In this document: one piece after another, positions 20,984-36,408 of the stretch
How the letters are laid out: each line of letters begins with the position of its first letter
How positions within the stretch are numbered: the stretch's first letter is position 1
Source of the DNA: an uncultured Verrucomicrobiae bacterium
GTDB taxonomy: Bacteria > Verrucomicrobiota > Verrucomicrobiia > Chthoniobacterales > Chthoniobacteraceae
Length of the DNA: 64,000 nt
NCBI GenBank assembly: GCA_963769025.1
Contig: CAVYKI010000009.1
Coordinates: 864,001-928,000 of the forward strand
Direction of reading: 5' to 3'
Made by a program: the position numbers and the translations under genes
The notes under the pieces: model-generated
What the model was told of the DNA's origin: nothing
What the model saw: the letters and a program-made list of their open reading frames with translations, nothing else
Databases searched by the model: none

Positions 20984-21266
20984 GTGCGTGGGGTGGTTAG
21001 ATTTCGTTTCGGCTGAAAGCGCGACCCTAACGCACCGCCACGCAAAGTGGGAAGCGCACGAATGCACCTTTTGCTATCGGGGATGCACCGGCCGATGCTT
21101 GCACGGCCCGCGAGCATCCGGGGCAAGCGATTTGAAATCCCGCAGCAGCATGCGCGACCGCTTCATGCGGCACCGTTTCAGCCGTTCGAGGTTGCGTTGC
21201 AGTCGGACGACCTGCTTATCGGACTTAGGAATTCCGATTTCCGGCCCGGGGCAGCTAGCGGTTTCG

Positions 21267-21902
21267 CTACATTTCCTCGTATTTTTTTAACACGACCGCT
21301 CGGAGTGAAGACGTACCGTCCGCGGCGAACTGGACGGTTAGTTCGTAGTCGGCCAGGAAACGGCGGTCTTTACCATTGGCAACATCGCCGCCCCACCAGC
21401 CCCGGCCCGAAGCGGACAGGAGAAGCTTGTCCGCCGAGAGCCATTTTACGACCTGAAGACCTTCCGAGGCCCAATGAAATTTCAGCGCGGCAGCTTTTTT
21501 CACCTGTCTCCGCGCTGGCGGTTCAAAGATCGCAGCGTTGTCGTTTTGACACTGGCTGGGCAAGCTGAGTTGCCACACGGTCTTTTCGCCGACCGAAAAA
21601 ACCGAAACGGAGTTGGCATGGGTACCCAGGTTTTGGTCGATCGCCACGAGCTTGCTGTCCAGATTCCAAGCCGCCTCAATGAAGCGGGCCTTGGAATCGA
21701 AGGAGATGACCGGCGTGCTGGCGGGAAGTTCGCGGATTTCGACTTTGAATTTGTAGTAGCCCTGCCCTTGGCGAGCGTGGACGCAAAAGCGCCCGTTCGG
21801 CGACACGCTCGTGTAGGTCTCCCCTCCCGAGCGTCCAGATTCTGCCGCAGAGAGAAACGCAGCCAAGGCGAGTAGGAGAGCAAGCGATCGGGTTGGTTTC
21901 AC
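21267..21902 (-). CDS. Hypothetical secreted protein
   Basis: 211-aa ORF with signal peptide; SVSPNGRF and WNLDSKLVAI are reminiscent of beta-propeller blades. Confidence 0.65.
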   Translation of the reverse strand: MKPTRSLALLLALAAFLSAAESGRSGGETYTSVSPNGRFCVHARQGQGYYKFKVEIRELPASTPVISFDSKARFIEAAWNLDSKLVAIDQNLGTHANSVSVFSVGEKTVWQLSLPSQCQNDNAAIFEPPARRQVKKAAALKFHWASEGLQVVKWLSADKLLLSASGRGWWGGDVANGKDRRFLADYELTVQFAADGTSSLRAVVLKKYEEM

Positions 21903-22027
21903 GACTCACAATGGCACTGGGACGAATCCATGGCGCGGGCTTTTCTTCTCGTGGATTATGCCGAGATGAGCGTGAGCACATCGGCAGTCAGGCATCCGTT
22001 CGCATTATCTCGAATCAACGAGCGCCC

Positions 22028-22915
22028 TCACTTTACCCACCCGTGCTGCTGTAGCCAGAAGACGAGGTCCTTGCCCCAAGGATGCACATCATCGGCTGGG
22101 ACGCCGTTTTTGCCCTGGCTGAGGCCAATGCCGTGCGGGCCTCTTTCATAGACGTGGAAGTCGAATGCGATGCCGTTCTTCCGCAGCGCCTGCACAAAAC
22201 GGAAGCTGTTCTCCGGCAGCACGGCCTTGTCCTCGCCGGTCGTCCAGACGAAGCACGGCGGCGTTTCCTTGGTCACCTGCTTGTCGTTGGAAAGCAGTTC
22301 GACGAGCTTCGGATCGGGCTCGGCGCCGAGGAGGTTTTTCTTCGATCCGCCGTGCGTCACTCCGTCCTCCATGCTGATGACTCCGTAGCAGATCACACCG
22401 AAGTCCGGGCGGCAGCTCGCGCGATCCACAGAATCCGTCGCGTCGGATTTTCCAGCATCGAAATGCGTGACGGAAGTCGTCGCCAGATGTCCGCCCGCGC
22501 TGCTGCCCATCACGCCGATGCGCGCGGGGTCCACGCTCCACTTGCTGGCATTCGCGCGCACGAAACGAATCGCGCGCTGCACGTCGTGCATCATCACGGG
22601 ATGCCGGTAGCCCTTCGAGCCGAGACGGTATTTCAGCACGAAACACGTGACGCCTTTTCCTGAAAGATACTCCGCGTAACCCGCGCCTTCATGCCCTGCG
22701 AGACCACCGTAGCCGCCGCCTGGGCAGATGACGATCGCGGTGCCATTTGACGTGCCCGCCGCTGGAAGAAACGGCGTGAGCGTCGGGATGTCCGTGTCCG
22801 CCTTTCCAAGAGCGCCGGGCGCGTCGCCTTCCCAAAGGCGGATAGGTTCGCCAGGCTGCGAGGCGGCAAATACTGCGCTGGTAAGGACGGTGAGGAGGAG
22901 GGTGGGGAGTTTCAT
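22028..22915 (-). CDS. Secreted alpha/beta hydrolase (acetyl esterase-like)
   Basis: ICPGGGY, GSSAGGHL nucleophile elbow, GEDKAV, GPHG. Confidence 0.9.
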   Translation of the reverse strand: MKLPTLLLTVLTSAVFAASQPGEPIRLWEGDAPGALGKADTDIPTLTPFLPAAGTSNGTAIVICPGGGYGGLAGHEGAGYAEYLSGKGVTCFVLKYRLGSKGYRHPVMMHDVQRAIRFVRANASKWSVDPARIGVMGSSAGGHLATTSVTHFDAGKSDATDSVDRASCRPDFGVICYGVISMEDGVTHGGSKKNLLGAEPDPKLVELLSNDKQVTKETPPCFVWTTGEDKAVLPENSFRFVQALRKNGIAFDFHVYERGPHGIGLSQGKNGVPADDVHPWGKDLVFWLQQHGWVK

Positions 22916-23083
22916 GTCGTTGTGGTTGGAGGAGGGCCGCGCTGGCGGCCGCGCAGTTGTAACGAGCAGGAGCGCGCGGGCTTTCCCAGAAAAAAGATGC
23001 GCAGACTGCCCCTGCCCGCGGCGGATACCGACGAATTGAACGCGATCGAACGACTGCAACTCCGCCACGTATGCGGAATCCTT

Positions 23084-23112
23084 TTGCTCCGCGCTCCCCT
23101 CTCCTGCACGCT
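23084..23112 (+). promoter_or_regulatory. Putative promoter 6 nt upstream of coaD
   Basis: TTGCTC-17-CACGCT-gccgcc-GTG. Confidence 0.55.
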
Positions 23113-23118
23113 GCCGCC

Positions 23119-23598
23119 GTGAAACGCGCCATCTACGCAGGCTCATTCGATCCGATCACCAACGGCCATCTCGACGTGCTCACACGTGCGGCGCGGGTCT
23201 TCGAGCAGGTCGTCCTCGCCGTCGCAGTGAATTCGGAGAAGAAGGGCCTCTTCGCAACGGACGAGCGCGTCGCGCTGCTGAAGGAAACCGTCGCCTCGCT
23301 GCCGAACGTCCGGGTGACGCATTTTGAAGGACTGCTCGTCGAATTTGCGCGGATCGAGAAGGCCAGCGCCATCATCCGCGGCCTGCGCGCCGTGAGCGAC
23401 TTCGAGTTCGAGTTCCAGATGGCGCTGATGAACCGACGGCTGGAGCCCGCGCTGGAGACGCTCTTCCTCATGCCGAAGGAGGAATACAGCTACGTGAGTT
23501 CGCGCCTCGTAAAGGAAGTCGCGCGGCTCGGCGGCGATGTCGCAGCGTTCGTTCCGCCATGCGTGGTGCGTGCGCTGAAGGCGAAATTTTCCCGCTGA
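23119..23598 (+). CDS. coaD: Phosphopantetheine adenylyltransferase
   Basis: YAGSFDPITNGH, IIRGLRAVSDFEFE, VSSRLVKEVA. Confidence 0.97.
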   Translation: MKRAIYAGSFDPITNGHLDVLTRAARVFEQVVLAVAVNSEKKGLFATDERVALLKETVASLPNVRVTHFEGLLVEFARIEKASAIIRGLRAVSDFEFEFQMALMNRRLEPALETLFLMPKEEYSYVSSRLVKEVARLGGDVAAFVPPCVVRALKAKFSR

Positions 23599-23612
23599 AA
23601 CGCGGCGTCCGT

Positions 23613-23640
23613 TTGCAATCCGACAGCGTCCGGCTAGGCT
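23613..23640 (+). promoter_or_regulatory. Putative promoter of yceD-rpmF
   Basis: TTGCAA-16-TAGGCT, 9 nt before ATG 23650. Confidence 0.55.
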
Positions 23641-23649
23641 GAAACGACA

Positions 23650-24101
23650 ATGAAGGTTCATGTCTTACAAATCCCCGAGGAGGGAACGCACTATCGAAGG
23701 CGAGGAGCCGTCCGACATTCTCGAACTCGACAGTGATCGCGCCCGTGCCACCGGTCCGATTGCATACGCGCTGGATGTCGGCCTGAGCGACGGCGGGCTG
23801 TTCGCGACCGGCACGCTGTCCGTCGGCATCGAGTGCCAGTGCGTGCGCTGCCTTGAAAAATTCGCGCGCTCGCTGGACGTGGATGACTTCGCCTGCCAGG
23901 TGGAACTCGAAGGACGCGAGATGGTGGACTTGACAGAGTCACGTGAGGGAGGACATTCTCCTCGCCCTTCCGGCCCATCCGCATTGCGACTGGGATGGCG
24001 AAAAGGTCTGCAAAGCCCAGTTCCGCGACGCACCCAGCGAAGCAGAGCCACTCGAAGACCCTCGCGATACTTGGAAGGGCCTCGATCAACTCAAACTTTA
24101 A
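23650..24101 (+). CDS. yceD: DUF177/YceD protein, frameshifted in this sequence
   Basis: MKVHVLQIPEEG..., CVRCL, EDILLALPAHPHC and WKGLDQL across frames; upstream of rpmF. Confidence 0.85.
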
Positions 24102-24113
24102 CCACCACCAATC

Positions 24114-24296
24114 ATGGGAGTCCCAAAACGTAGAAAATCAAAGATGCGTCTTCGCACGCACAAGGCATCACTCCGCTGGCACGCGCCGCTGCTCAACAAG
24201 TGCGGCCAGTGCGGCAGCACCATCCGCTCGCACCGTGCGTGCCCGGCTTGCGGCTACTACGCCGGACGCCAGGTCCTCACGATCGCCGGAGCCTAA
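24114..24296 (+). CDS. rpmF: 50S ribosomal protein L32 (zinc-binding type)
   Basis: MGVPKRRKSK, CGQC...HRACPACGYY. Confidence 0.97.
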   Translation: MGVPKRRKSKMRLRTHKASLRWHAPLLNKCGQCGSTIRSHRACPACGYYAGRQVLTIAGA

Positions 24297-24315
24297 GTCT
24301 CCTTGGAGAAGTTTT

Positions 24316-24359
24316 TTCAGCCGCCCCGCTCACTTGCGCGGGCGGCTGAATCGTTTTTT
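24316..24359 (+). terminator. Intrinsic terminator after rpmF
   Basis: TTCAGCCGCC...GGCGGCTGAA stem followed by TCGTTTTTT. Confidence 0.7.
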
Positions 24360-24412
24360 GCCTTGCCGAAAAACGGCCCGCACTCTCAGGTCAGGCAACC
24401 CACCTTGACCCG

Positions 24413-25459
24413 ATGAAGATTGCACTCGATGCAATGGGCGGCGACCACGCCCCTGAGAACATCGTCCACGGCGCCGTGCTCGCGCTGCGTTCCTACCCGC
24501 ACATCTCTCGGCTTTTTCTCACCGGCGACGCAGCGCGCGTGGAGGCGGAATTGAAAAAGCACGGCTGCAACGACGGACGCATCGAGATCGTCCACACCAC
24601 GCAGATCGTGGACATGTCCGACAGCGGCCTCGATGCGGTGCGCAAGAAGAAGGACAGTTCCATTTCGCGCGCCGTCGATCTGGTGAAGGACGGCAAGGCG
24701 CAGGCCGTCGTCAGCGCAGGCCACACCGGAGCGGCCGTCACCGCGTCGCTCGATCAAACTGCGCACGCTCCCCGGCATGGACCGCCCGGCCATCGCGGCC
24801 ATCATGCCGTCGCTCACGAGGCATTGGGTCCTCATCGATGCCGGGGCGAATCCCGACGCGGAGCCTCGCACCTCGTCCAGAACGCCATCATGGGCGCCGC
24901 CTACGCGCGCCACGTCCTCGGCCGGCCGAATCCCGAAATCGGCCTCATGTCCAACGGCACCGAGGAGGAAAAGGGCAACGCGCTTACGCAAGGAAACGCG
25001 GACGCTCATCCGCAACGCCGGGGCGCGACTCAATTTCCGCGGCAACGTCGAAGGGCACGACATCTGGCACGATCCGCCGGATGTCGTCGTCACCGACGGC
25101 TTCACCGGCAACATCCTGCTGAAAACCAGCGAGGCACTTGCCCATGCCATTTTCGACATGGTGAAGACCGAAATCCGCGCAGGACTCCGGACAAAGATCG
25201 GCGGCCTGCTCGCCAAGCCGGCTTTCAAGCGCGTCCACAAAAAGACCAACGCCGACGAATACGGCGGCATGCCGCTGCTCGGACGTCAACGGCATCACCA
25301 TCATCTCCCACGGCGGCGCTTCCGCCGGTCGCCATCAAGAACGCCCTCCGCATGGCCTGCGAGAGCATCCGCCACGAGGTGAATCCCCACATCGTCGAGG
25401 CCATCAAGACTCACCATGACTCCACCACTGCATCCCCGCACGCGAACGCACCTGCCTAA
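24413..25459 (+). CDS. plsX: Phosphate acyltransferase PlsX, frameshifted in this sequence
   Basis: [48 protein letters not shown]. Confidence 0.93.
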   Translation: MKIALDAMGGDHAPENIVHGAVLALRSYPHISRLFLTGDAARVEAELKKHGCNDGRIEIVHTTQIVDMSDSGLDAVRKKKDSSISRAVDLVKDGKAQAVVSAGHTGAAVTASLDQTAHAPRHGPPGHRGHHAVAHEALGPHRCRGESRRGASHLVQNAIMGAAYARHVLGRPNPEIGLMSNGTEEEKGNALTQGNADAHPQRRGATQFPRQRRRARHLARSAGCRRHRRLHRQHPAENQRGTCPCHFRHGEDRNPRRTPDKDRRPARQAGFQARPQKDQRRRIRRHAAARTSTASPSSPTAALPPVAIKNALRMACESIRHEVNPHIVEAIKTHHDSTTASPHANAPA

Positions 25460-26443
25460 GCGCACCGTCTCGATCATCGGCACCGGCAGCTACCTTCCCG
25501 AAAAGGTCGCTGACCAATGCCGAACTGGAAAAGATGGTCGAGACGTCCGACGACTGGATCATCAGCCGCACCGGCATCAAGGAGCGCCGCATCGCCGCCG
25601 CCGGCGAATACACCAGCGACCTCGCCGCGAATGCGGCACAGGCCGCGATCGAGAACGCGGGCATCAATCCGGACGAAATCGATCTGATCATCGTCGCGAC
25701 CATCACGCCGGACATGTTCTTGCCGAGCACCGCATGCTTCGTGCAGACGAAGATCGGCGCGACCAAGGCCGCCTGCTTCGACATCAGCGCAGCCTGCTCC
25801 GGCTTTCTCTACGCCATCGAAATCGCGCAGCAGTTCATCACCACGCCACACCTTCAACACCATCCTCGTCATCGGCGCGGACAAGCTTTCGAGCATCGTG
25901 GATTGGAAGGATCGCAACACCTGCGTGCTCTTCGGCGACGGCGCCGGTGCGGCGATCCTGCGCCATCGCGCGCACGGCCACGGCGTCATCGCCACACGCA
26001 TGGGGAGCAACGGCGAACTTGCGGAGATTCTCTACATCCCCGGCGGCGGCTCCGCGTGCCCCATCACCCCGGACAACGCCGACCAGAATCTCGCAACGCA
26101 TCCGGATGAAGGGCAACGAGACCTTCAAATATGCCGTCAACGCCATGCTGGACAGCGCGCGCCAGGTCCTCGACGACGCCGGTCTCGAATCCCGAGGACC
26201 TCACGTGCATCATCCCGCATCAGGCAAATCTGCGCATCATCAACGCCGTCGCCGAGCGCCTCGAACTTCCGACTGGACCGCTTCATGGTGAATCTCGACC
26301 GCTTCGGAAACACCAGCGCCGCCGCCGTCGCCATCGCGCTCGACGAAGCCAATCGCACCGGGCGCATGAAAGTCGGCGACTACGTGCTGCTCGTCGTCTT
26401 CGGCGGCGGGCTCACCTGGGCAAGTTCCGTCATCCAGTGGTAG
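25416..26443 (+). CDS. fabH: 3-oxoacyl-ACP synthase III, frameshifted in this sequence
   Basis: [51 protein letters not shown]. Confidence 0.94.
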
Positions 26444-26465
26444 GGCGCTTTCGCTGAAAGCGCCC
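26443..26465. terminator. Perfect 10-bp hairpin after fabH (possible terminator)
   Basis: GGGCGCTTTC-gct-GAAAGCGCCC; no U tract. Confidence 0.45.
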
Positions 26466-26518
26466 CACGCTGCGTTCATTGACACCGTCAGGCTACCACA
26501 CCTGAAGCCCCTCGCCTT

Positions 26519-27298
26519 CTGCTCACAGACACTCACGCCCATCTGGACTATCCGGAATTCCAAGCGGACTTCCCCGGAGTCCTCGCGCGCGCCAACTCCG
26601 CAGATGTCACACGCTTTGTCGCAATTGGCACAGGTGTCGAGAGCAGCGCTAAAGTCACTAACTTAGCGGAACAATGGCCTCAAGTATTTGCAGTCGTTGG
26701 TGTTCACCCAAATAATGTCACTGAAGCAATCCCTGATTTCATTCCTACCCTCCGTGACATCGCAACGAACCGCCGAGTCGTAGCAATCGGCGAGACAGGC
26801 CTCGATTACTTCCGGATCGCCAAGGACAATTTCGCCGCCCGCATCGCACAAGCGGCCGCATTTCGCGCGCAGCTCGACCTCGCAACGGAGCTCGGGCTGC
26901 CCGTCGTCATCCACGAACGCGCCGCATGGGACGATACGCTCGCAATCCTCCGCGAATACACCGACCGCGTTCGCGCAGTTTTCCACTGCTTCGGAAAATC
27001 CCCCGACCATGCCCGCGAAGTCCTCGCCTTGGGGCACCTCGTCAGTTTCACCGGAATCGTCACTTTCAAGAACGCCCCCGAAGCCCAGGCCAGCGCGGCA
27101 AGCCTCCCACTCGATTCATTCATGCTGGAAACAGACTGCCCCTATCTCGCACCGGTCCCGCATCGCGGGAAGCGATGCGAACCGGCGTTCGTCCGGCACA
27201 CTGCCGAGCACATCGCCGCGCTACGCGGGATATCGCTCACCTACCTCGCCGAGGCGACGGAGGCCAATGCGAATCGCTTCTTCCGCTTTCCTTCGTAG
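26519..27298 (+). CDS. tatD: TatD-family nuclease, probable CTG start
   Basis: Manual translation: LTDTHAHLD, GVHP, AIGETGLDY, IHER, VFHCF, ETDCPYLAP. The ORF track shows only the last 89 aa. Confidence 0.9.
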   Translation: MLTDTHAHLDYPEFQADFPGVLARANSADVTRFVAIGTGVESSAKVTNLAEQWPQVFAVVGVHPNNVTEAIPDFIPTLRDIATNRRVVAIGETGLDYFRIAKDNFAARIAQAAAFRAQLDLATELGLPVVIHERAAWDDTLAILREYTDRVRAVFHCFGKSPDHAREVLALGHLVSFTGIVTFKNAPEAQASAASLPLDSFMLETDCPYLAPVPHRGKRCEPAFVRHTAEHIAALRGISLTYLAEATEANANRFFRFPS

Positions 27299-27384
27299 CC
27301 ACACTCGGCAGAGCGCGGGACGGCAAACCAACCGCGACGAAATGATCAGGCAGCAGCCCCTCGAGTGTGGCAACCGGGCAACGA

Positions 27385-29957
<2,573 letters not shown>

Positions 29958-29996
29958 CGGCTGTTCGGAACTCGGGAAATTTTTTGACTGATTTGC

Positions 29997-32569
<2,573 letters not shown>

Positions 32570-32671
32570 TGGGATTGGGAAAATGCGGGTCGTTTTCTGT
32601 GCGGAAAAGGCAGGGCCGAAAGCTACCGGGAAATCCATGTGCACTCAACTGCAATTTCCGCGAAAAAACAC

Positions 32672-32677
32672 ATTATA
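32672..32677 (-). promoter_or_regulatory. Consensus -10 hexamer upstream of gyrB
   Basis: TATAAT on the minus strand about 100 nt before the start; no good -35. Confidence 0.4.
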
Positions 32678-32809
32678 TTGCGGAGCCCGAAGCCCCCCCT
32701 CCCCAAGGCGTTGCGGAACCCTTGGGAGGGCGCTTTCGCCGAAACCGCCCCATTCATCGGCGGAAAACCAGTGCCGACAAACCGAAGATTCATCTCCCCG
32801 CATTTTCCG

Positions 32810-32857
32810 AAAAAAACGCAAGCGCCGCAGCCACAAAATGCGGCTGAAGCGCTTGCG
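32810..32857 (-). terminator. Intrinsic terminator immediately downstream of the 6S-like RNA
   Basis: CGCAAGCGC-(CAGCCGC attt t GTGGCTG)-GCGCTTGCG followed by a run of T. Confidence 0.7.
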
Positions 32858-32861
32858 AAAG

Positions 32862-33046
32862 GATTGCCCCACCTTTGCCGTCACGGCAGATGCTCCGTTC
32901 CCCCATTGGTTACGGGCGAGAAACCTGGGGCGGGGCTCGGTCTTCCAATGAAGGCATGACCTAAACACGCCCACCCTGACCCTCTGTGTTGTTTTAATTA
33001 CCGGTTCGGATTTTCCACCTTCTACTCGGACAACGCAGGGCAAATC
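32862..33046 (-). ncRNA. ssrS: Probable 6S RNA
   Basis: About 185 nt and folds by eye as a rod: GAUUUGCCCUGC/GUGGGGCAAUC, GUUGUC/GACGGC, GUAGA/UCUGC, UCCG/CGGA, then an A-rich central bubble (GUAAUUAAAACAACACA), then an apical stem (GGGUGGGC/GCCCCGCCC, GGUC/GACC). G-U pairs fix the strand. Confidence 0.7.
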
Positions 33047-33314
33047 GTTTTGAGCGAGCGGTCGGCGCATGTCGCTGCCGAGCATCCCATTCCGCCATGC
33101 TCGAAATCTTTTTGGGAAAGAACTACGCGTATCTCTGCGCATCTTCGCCGTTTCGTCAACGGTCGAGATCACCATCGGTGAAAATCCCACGCAGACCGCA
33201 GTGGCTGACACCACCCGTAGCCGCGCTTGTAAGAGCGCGGGCTGATCTCCTTTCCGCAGACCTCTCGAAGAGGACGCACCGCAGCCAAGCGCGCCCGCGC
33301 TCTCACGAGCGCGG

Positions 33315-36300
33315 CTACGGCCCGTCTTCCGCCGCCGCTTTTGCAAAGCCGCCCCACTTCCAGGCGAGCGCGGGCAGGATGATCAAATTCAGCACGCGTC
33401 GACGTGACGAGTCCGCCGAGGATCACGACGGCCATCGGGAATTCGATTTCCTGTCCCGGGATATTGCCCTTTACCACCAGCGGCACCAGCGCGAGTCCGG
33501 CGCAGGAGGCCGTCATCAGGATCGGCGCGAGGCGTTCCTGCGCGCCGCGCAGGAAAAGTCGAGGCACCAAACGGCACGCCCTCGACGGTGCGCAGATGCT
33601 TGTAGTGGCTCACGAGCATGATCCCGTTGCGCGCGGCGATGCCGAGCACGGTGACGAAGCCAACCAGCGAGCCGATCGAGAGCACACCGCCCGTAAAGAA
33701 CGCGGCGAACACACCGCCAATCAGCGCGAACGGCAGCGTCAGCCCGACGAGGAGCGTGAGCCGCACACTCTGGAAATCCGCCTGCAGCAGCGCGAAAATG
33801 CCGAGCACCGCGACGACCGAGAGCAGGAGCAGCCGCCGGCCCGCCTGTTCGCGCGCCGCAAATTCGCCGAGCAATTCCGGATGCGTGCCGCGGGGAAATG
33901 GAATCGCGCGAACCTTCTCACCGATCTCGCGCGCCACGCTGCCGAGGTCGCGGCCGGCGACATTGCACGTCACGTCGATCCGCCGCGACGCGCCTTCCCG
34001 TTTGATCTCGTTCGGCGTCGGCGCGAAATCCACATCCGCCACATCGCCCAGTCGCGCGCGGCCGCCCGCAGCGGTCTCGATGACCATCTCGCGCAACGCC
34101 TGTGCGTCGCTGCGCACGCCGGGCACGCTCCACACGACCACATCGTGGACGCGCTGATCCTCGATAGACCTCGCCCGCCTTCACGCCCTTCACCAGTGTC
34201 GTCACCGCGCGCCGCACATCGCCCGCGGAGAGCCCGTGCATCTGCGAAGCCTCCTGCCGCAACCGCACGACGAGATGCGGCACATTCGACTGCGCCTCCA
34301 CTTTCAGCGCCGTCACGCCTTTCACCTCGGCCATCGCCTTCGACACCGCGCCCGCGCGTTCGCGGAGCACATCCAGATCGGGCCCGAAAATGCGGACCAC
34401 CAGCGCGCCACTCGCGCCCGTGAGCACCTCCTTGACGCGCTCACGCAGGTAGGTCTGCACGTCGCGGTAAAGGCCGGGATAGCCGTCCACCGTCGTCCTC
34501 GACCCGCTTCAGCGTTGCCGCGTAGTCCGCCTTCGGATCCACGGAAATCCACAGCTCGGTGAAATTCGGCCCGACGACTTCATCCGCCACCTCGGCGCGG
34601 CCGATGTGCGCTCCGAAATTCCGCACGCCGGGAATGCTGCGCAATTCCCTGCTCGCGGCGATCGTGATGCGCGTCATCGCATCGAGCCCGATGCCCGGCT
34701 TCTCGACCCAGTGCATGAGAAAATCGCGCTCCTGGAAATTCGGCAGAAACTCCTCGCCGAGCCGCGTCCACGCCACCCACGTCGCGATGAACGCGCACAC
34801 AAGGACGCCCACGCACAGCCATGCGCGCCGGAGGAAAAGCGGCAGCACCGTGCCGTAGAGCGACTTCAACATCCGCACGAGCGACGGTTCCTTCCGATGC
34901 TCCGCCGAGCCGCGCAGGAGCAGCGAGCACATCGCCGGTGTGACGGTGAGCGCGACGACGAGCGAGGCCAGAATCGCCAGCACATACGACAACGCCAGCG
35001 GACGGAAAAACGCACCCGCCAGCCCATCGAGGAAAAACACCGGCAGGAACACGAGCACGACGATCAGGCTCGCGTACACGACCGCGCTGCGCACTTCGAG
35101 CGACGCGGACAGCACGACCTTCCACCGCGGCTCCGGCTTCTCCAGAAGCCGGTTCAGCCGCAGTCGGCGCAGGATGTTTTCCACGTCGATGATCGCGTCG
35201 TCCACGACCTCGCCGATCGCGATGATCAGTCCAGCGAGCACCATCGTGTTCAGCGTGTGCCCCAGCCATGCGAGCACGAGGACCGCCGCGAGCAGCGAGA
35301 GTGGAATCGCCGTGAGGCTGATGAACGCCGTGCGCCAGTCCGCGAGGAACAGGATCAGGATCACCACCACCAGCGCGCATCCCAGCCACAGCGCATGGCT
35401 GAGATTTGCGAGCGACATCTCGATGAATGTCGCCGGGCGGAAAATCGTCGTGTCGATCTCGATGCCGGCCAGTCCCGGCTTCAGCGCCTCGATGCACTCG
35501 CTCCACCTCCAGCGTCAGGTCCAGCGTGTTTCCCCACGGCTGCTTCTCGACGATCAGCAGGATGCCCGGGCCCGTCATTGATCACCGCATCGCCGATCGG
35601 CGCCGGATGACCCACGACGACCTCCGCCACGTCGCCCAGCCGCAGCTGGCGCGCCGTTGCGAAACTCGACGATCGTCCGCGCGAGATCGTCCGCACCCGT
35701 GATGCTCGAAAGCTGGCGCACCGGCAGACGCTGATTCGGCGTGTCCACAAATCCGCCCGCCGCCGGCGTCGCCGCATCGGCCGTCGCGCGCGTGATTGCA
35801 TCGAGCGTCACGCCCGCGACGCGCAGCCGGTCCGGGTCCACGAGCACCTGATACTGCTTGTCGCGCTGTCCCCACACCGCGACATTCGCCACGCCCGGCA
35901 CCGACATCAGCCGCGGACGAATCGTCCAGAGCGCCGTCTCGCTCAGCTCCATCTGCGAAAGCGTCTTCGAAGAAAGCCCAATCTTCATCACGCGGCTCAG
36001 CGAGGAATGCGGCGACAGCAGCACCGGCGTCTTCGCCACGGCGGGCAGCCGCGTCTGCGCGAGCGCCAGCCGTTCCTGCACGAGCTGCCGCGCGCGGAGC
36101 AGATCGGTGCCGTCGTTGAAAATGATCGTCACCGACGAAAGGCCGAGCACCGACTTCGAGCGGATCGTCTTGATCCACGGCGTGCCGTTCAGCGCGCCTT
36201 CCAGCGGCACCGTCACGAGCGCATCCACTTCCTCCGTCGAAAGCCCCGGCGCCTCCGTCTGAATCTCGACCAGCGGCGGCGCGAATTCCGGAAACACATC

Positions 36301-36408
36301 CAGCGGCGCATGCTGCACCGCCCGGATGCCGAAAAACAGCAACGCCGCCGCCGCCGCGAGCACGAGCACGCGGAATCGCAGCGAGGATTGGACGATGGCC
36401 GCGAGCAT
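33315..36408 (-). CDS. CusA/CzcA-family RND efflux permease, frameshifted in this sequence
   Basis: [61 protein letters not shown]. Confidence 0.92.

Noticed and set aside
27310..27350. Cyclic di-GMP riboswitch-like GGCAAAC
   Set aside because: Lies between convergent genes and lacks the two-stem architecture.
32570..33314. Replication origin near gyrB, or protein-coding ORFs in this gap
   Set aside because: No DnaA-box cluster seen and no dnaA/dnaN; the ORFs look non-native, and the 6S-like RNA explains the structure.
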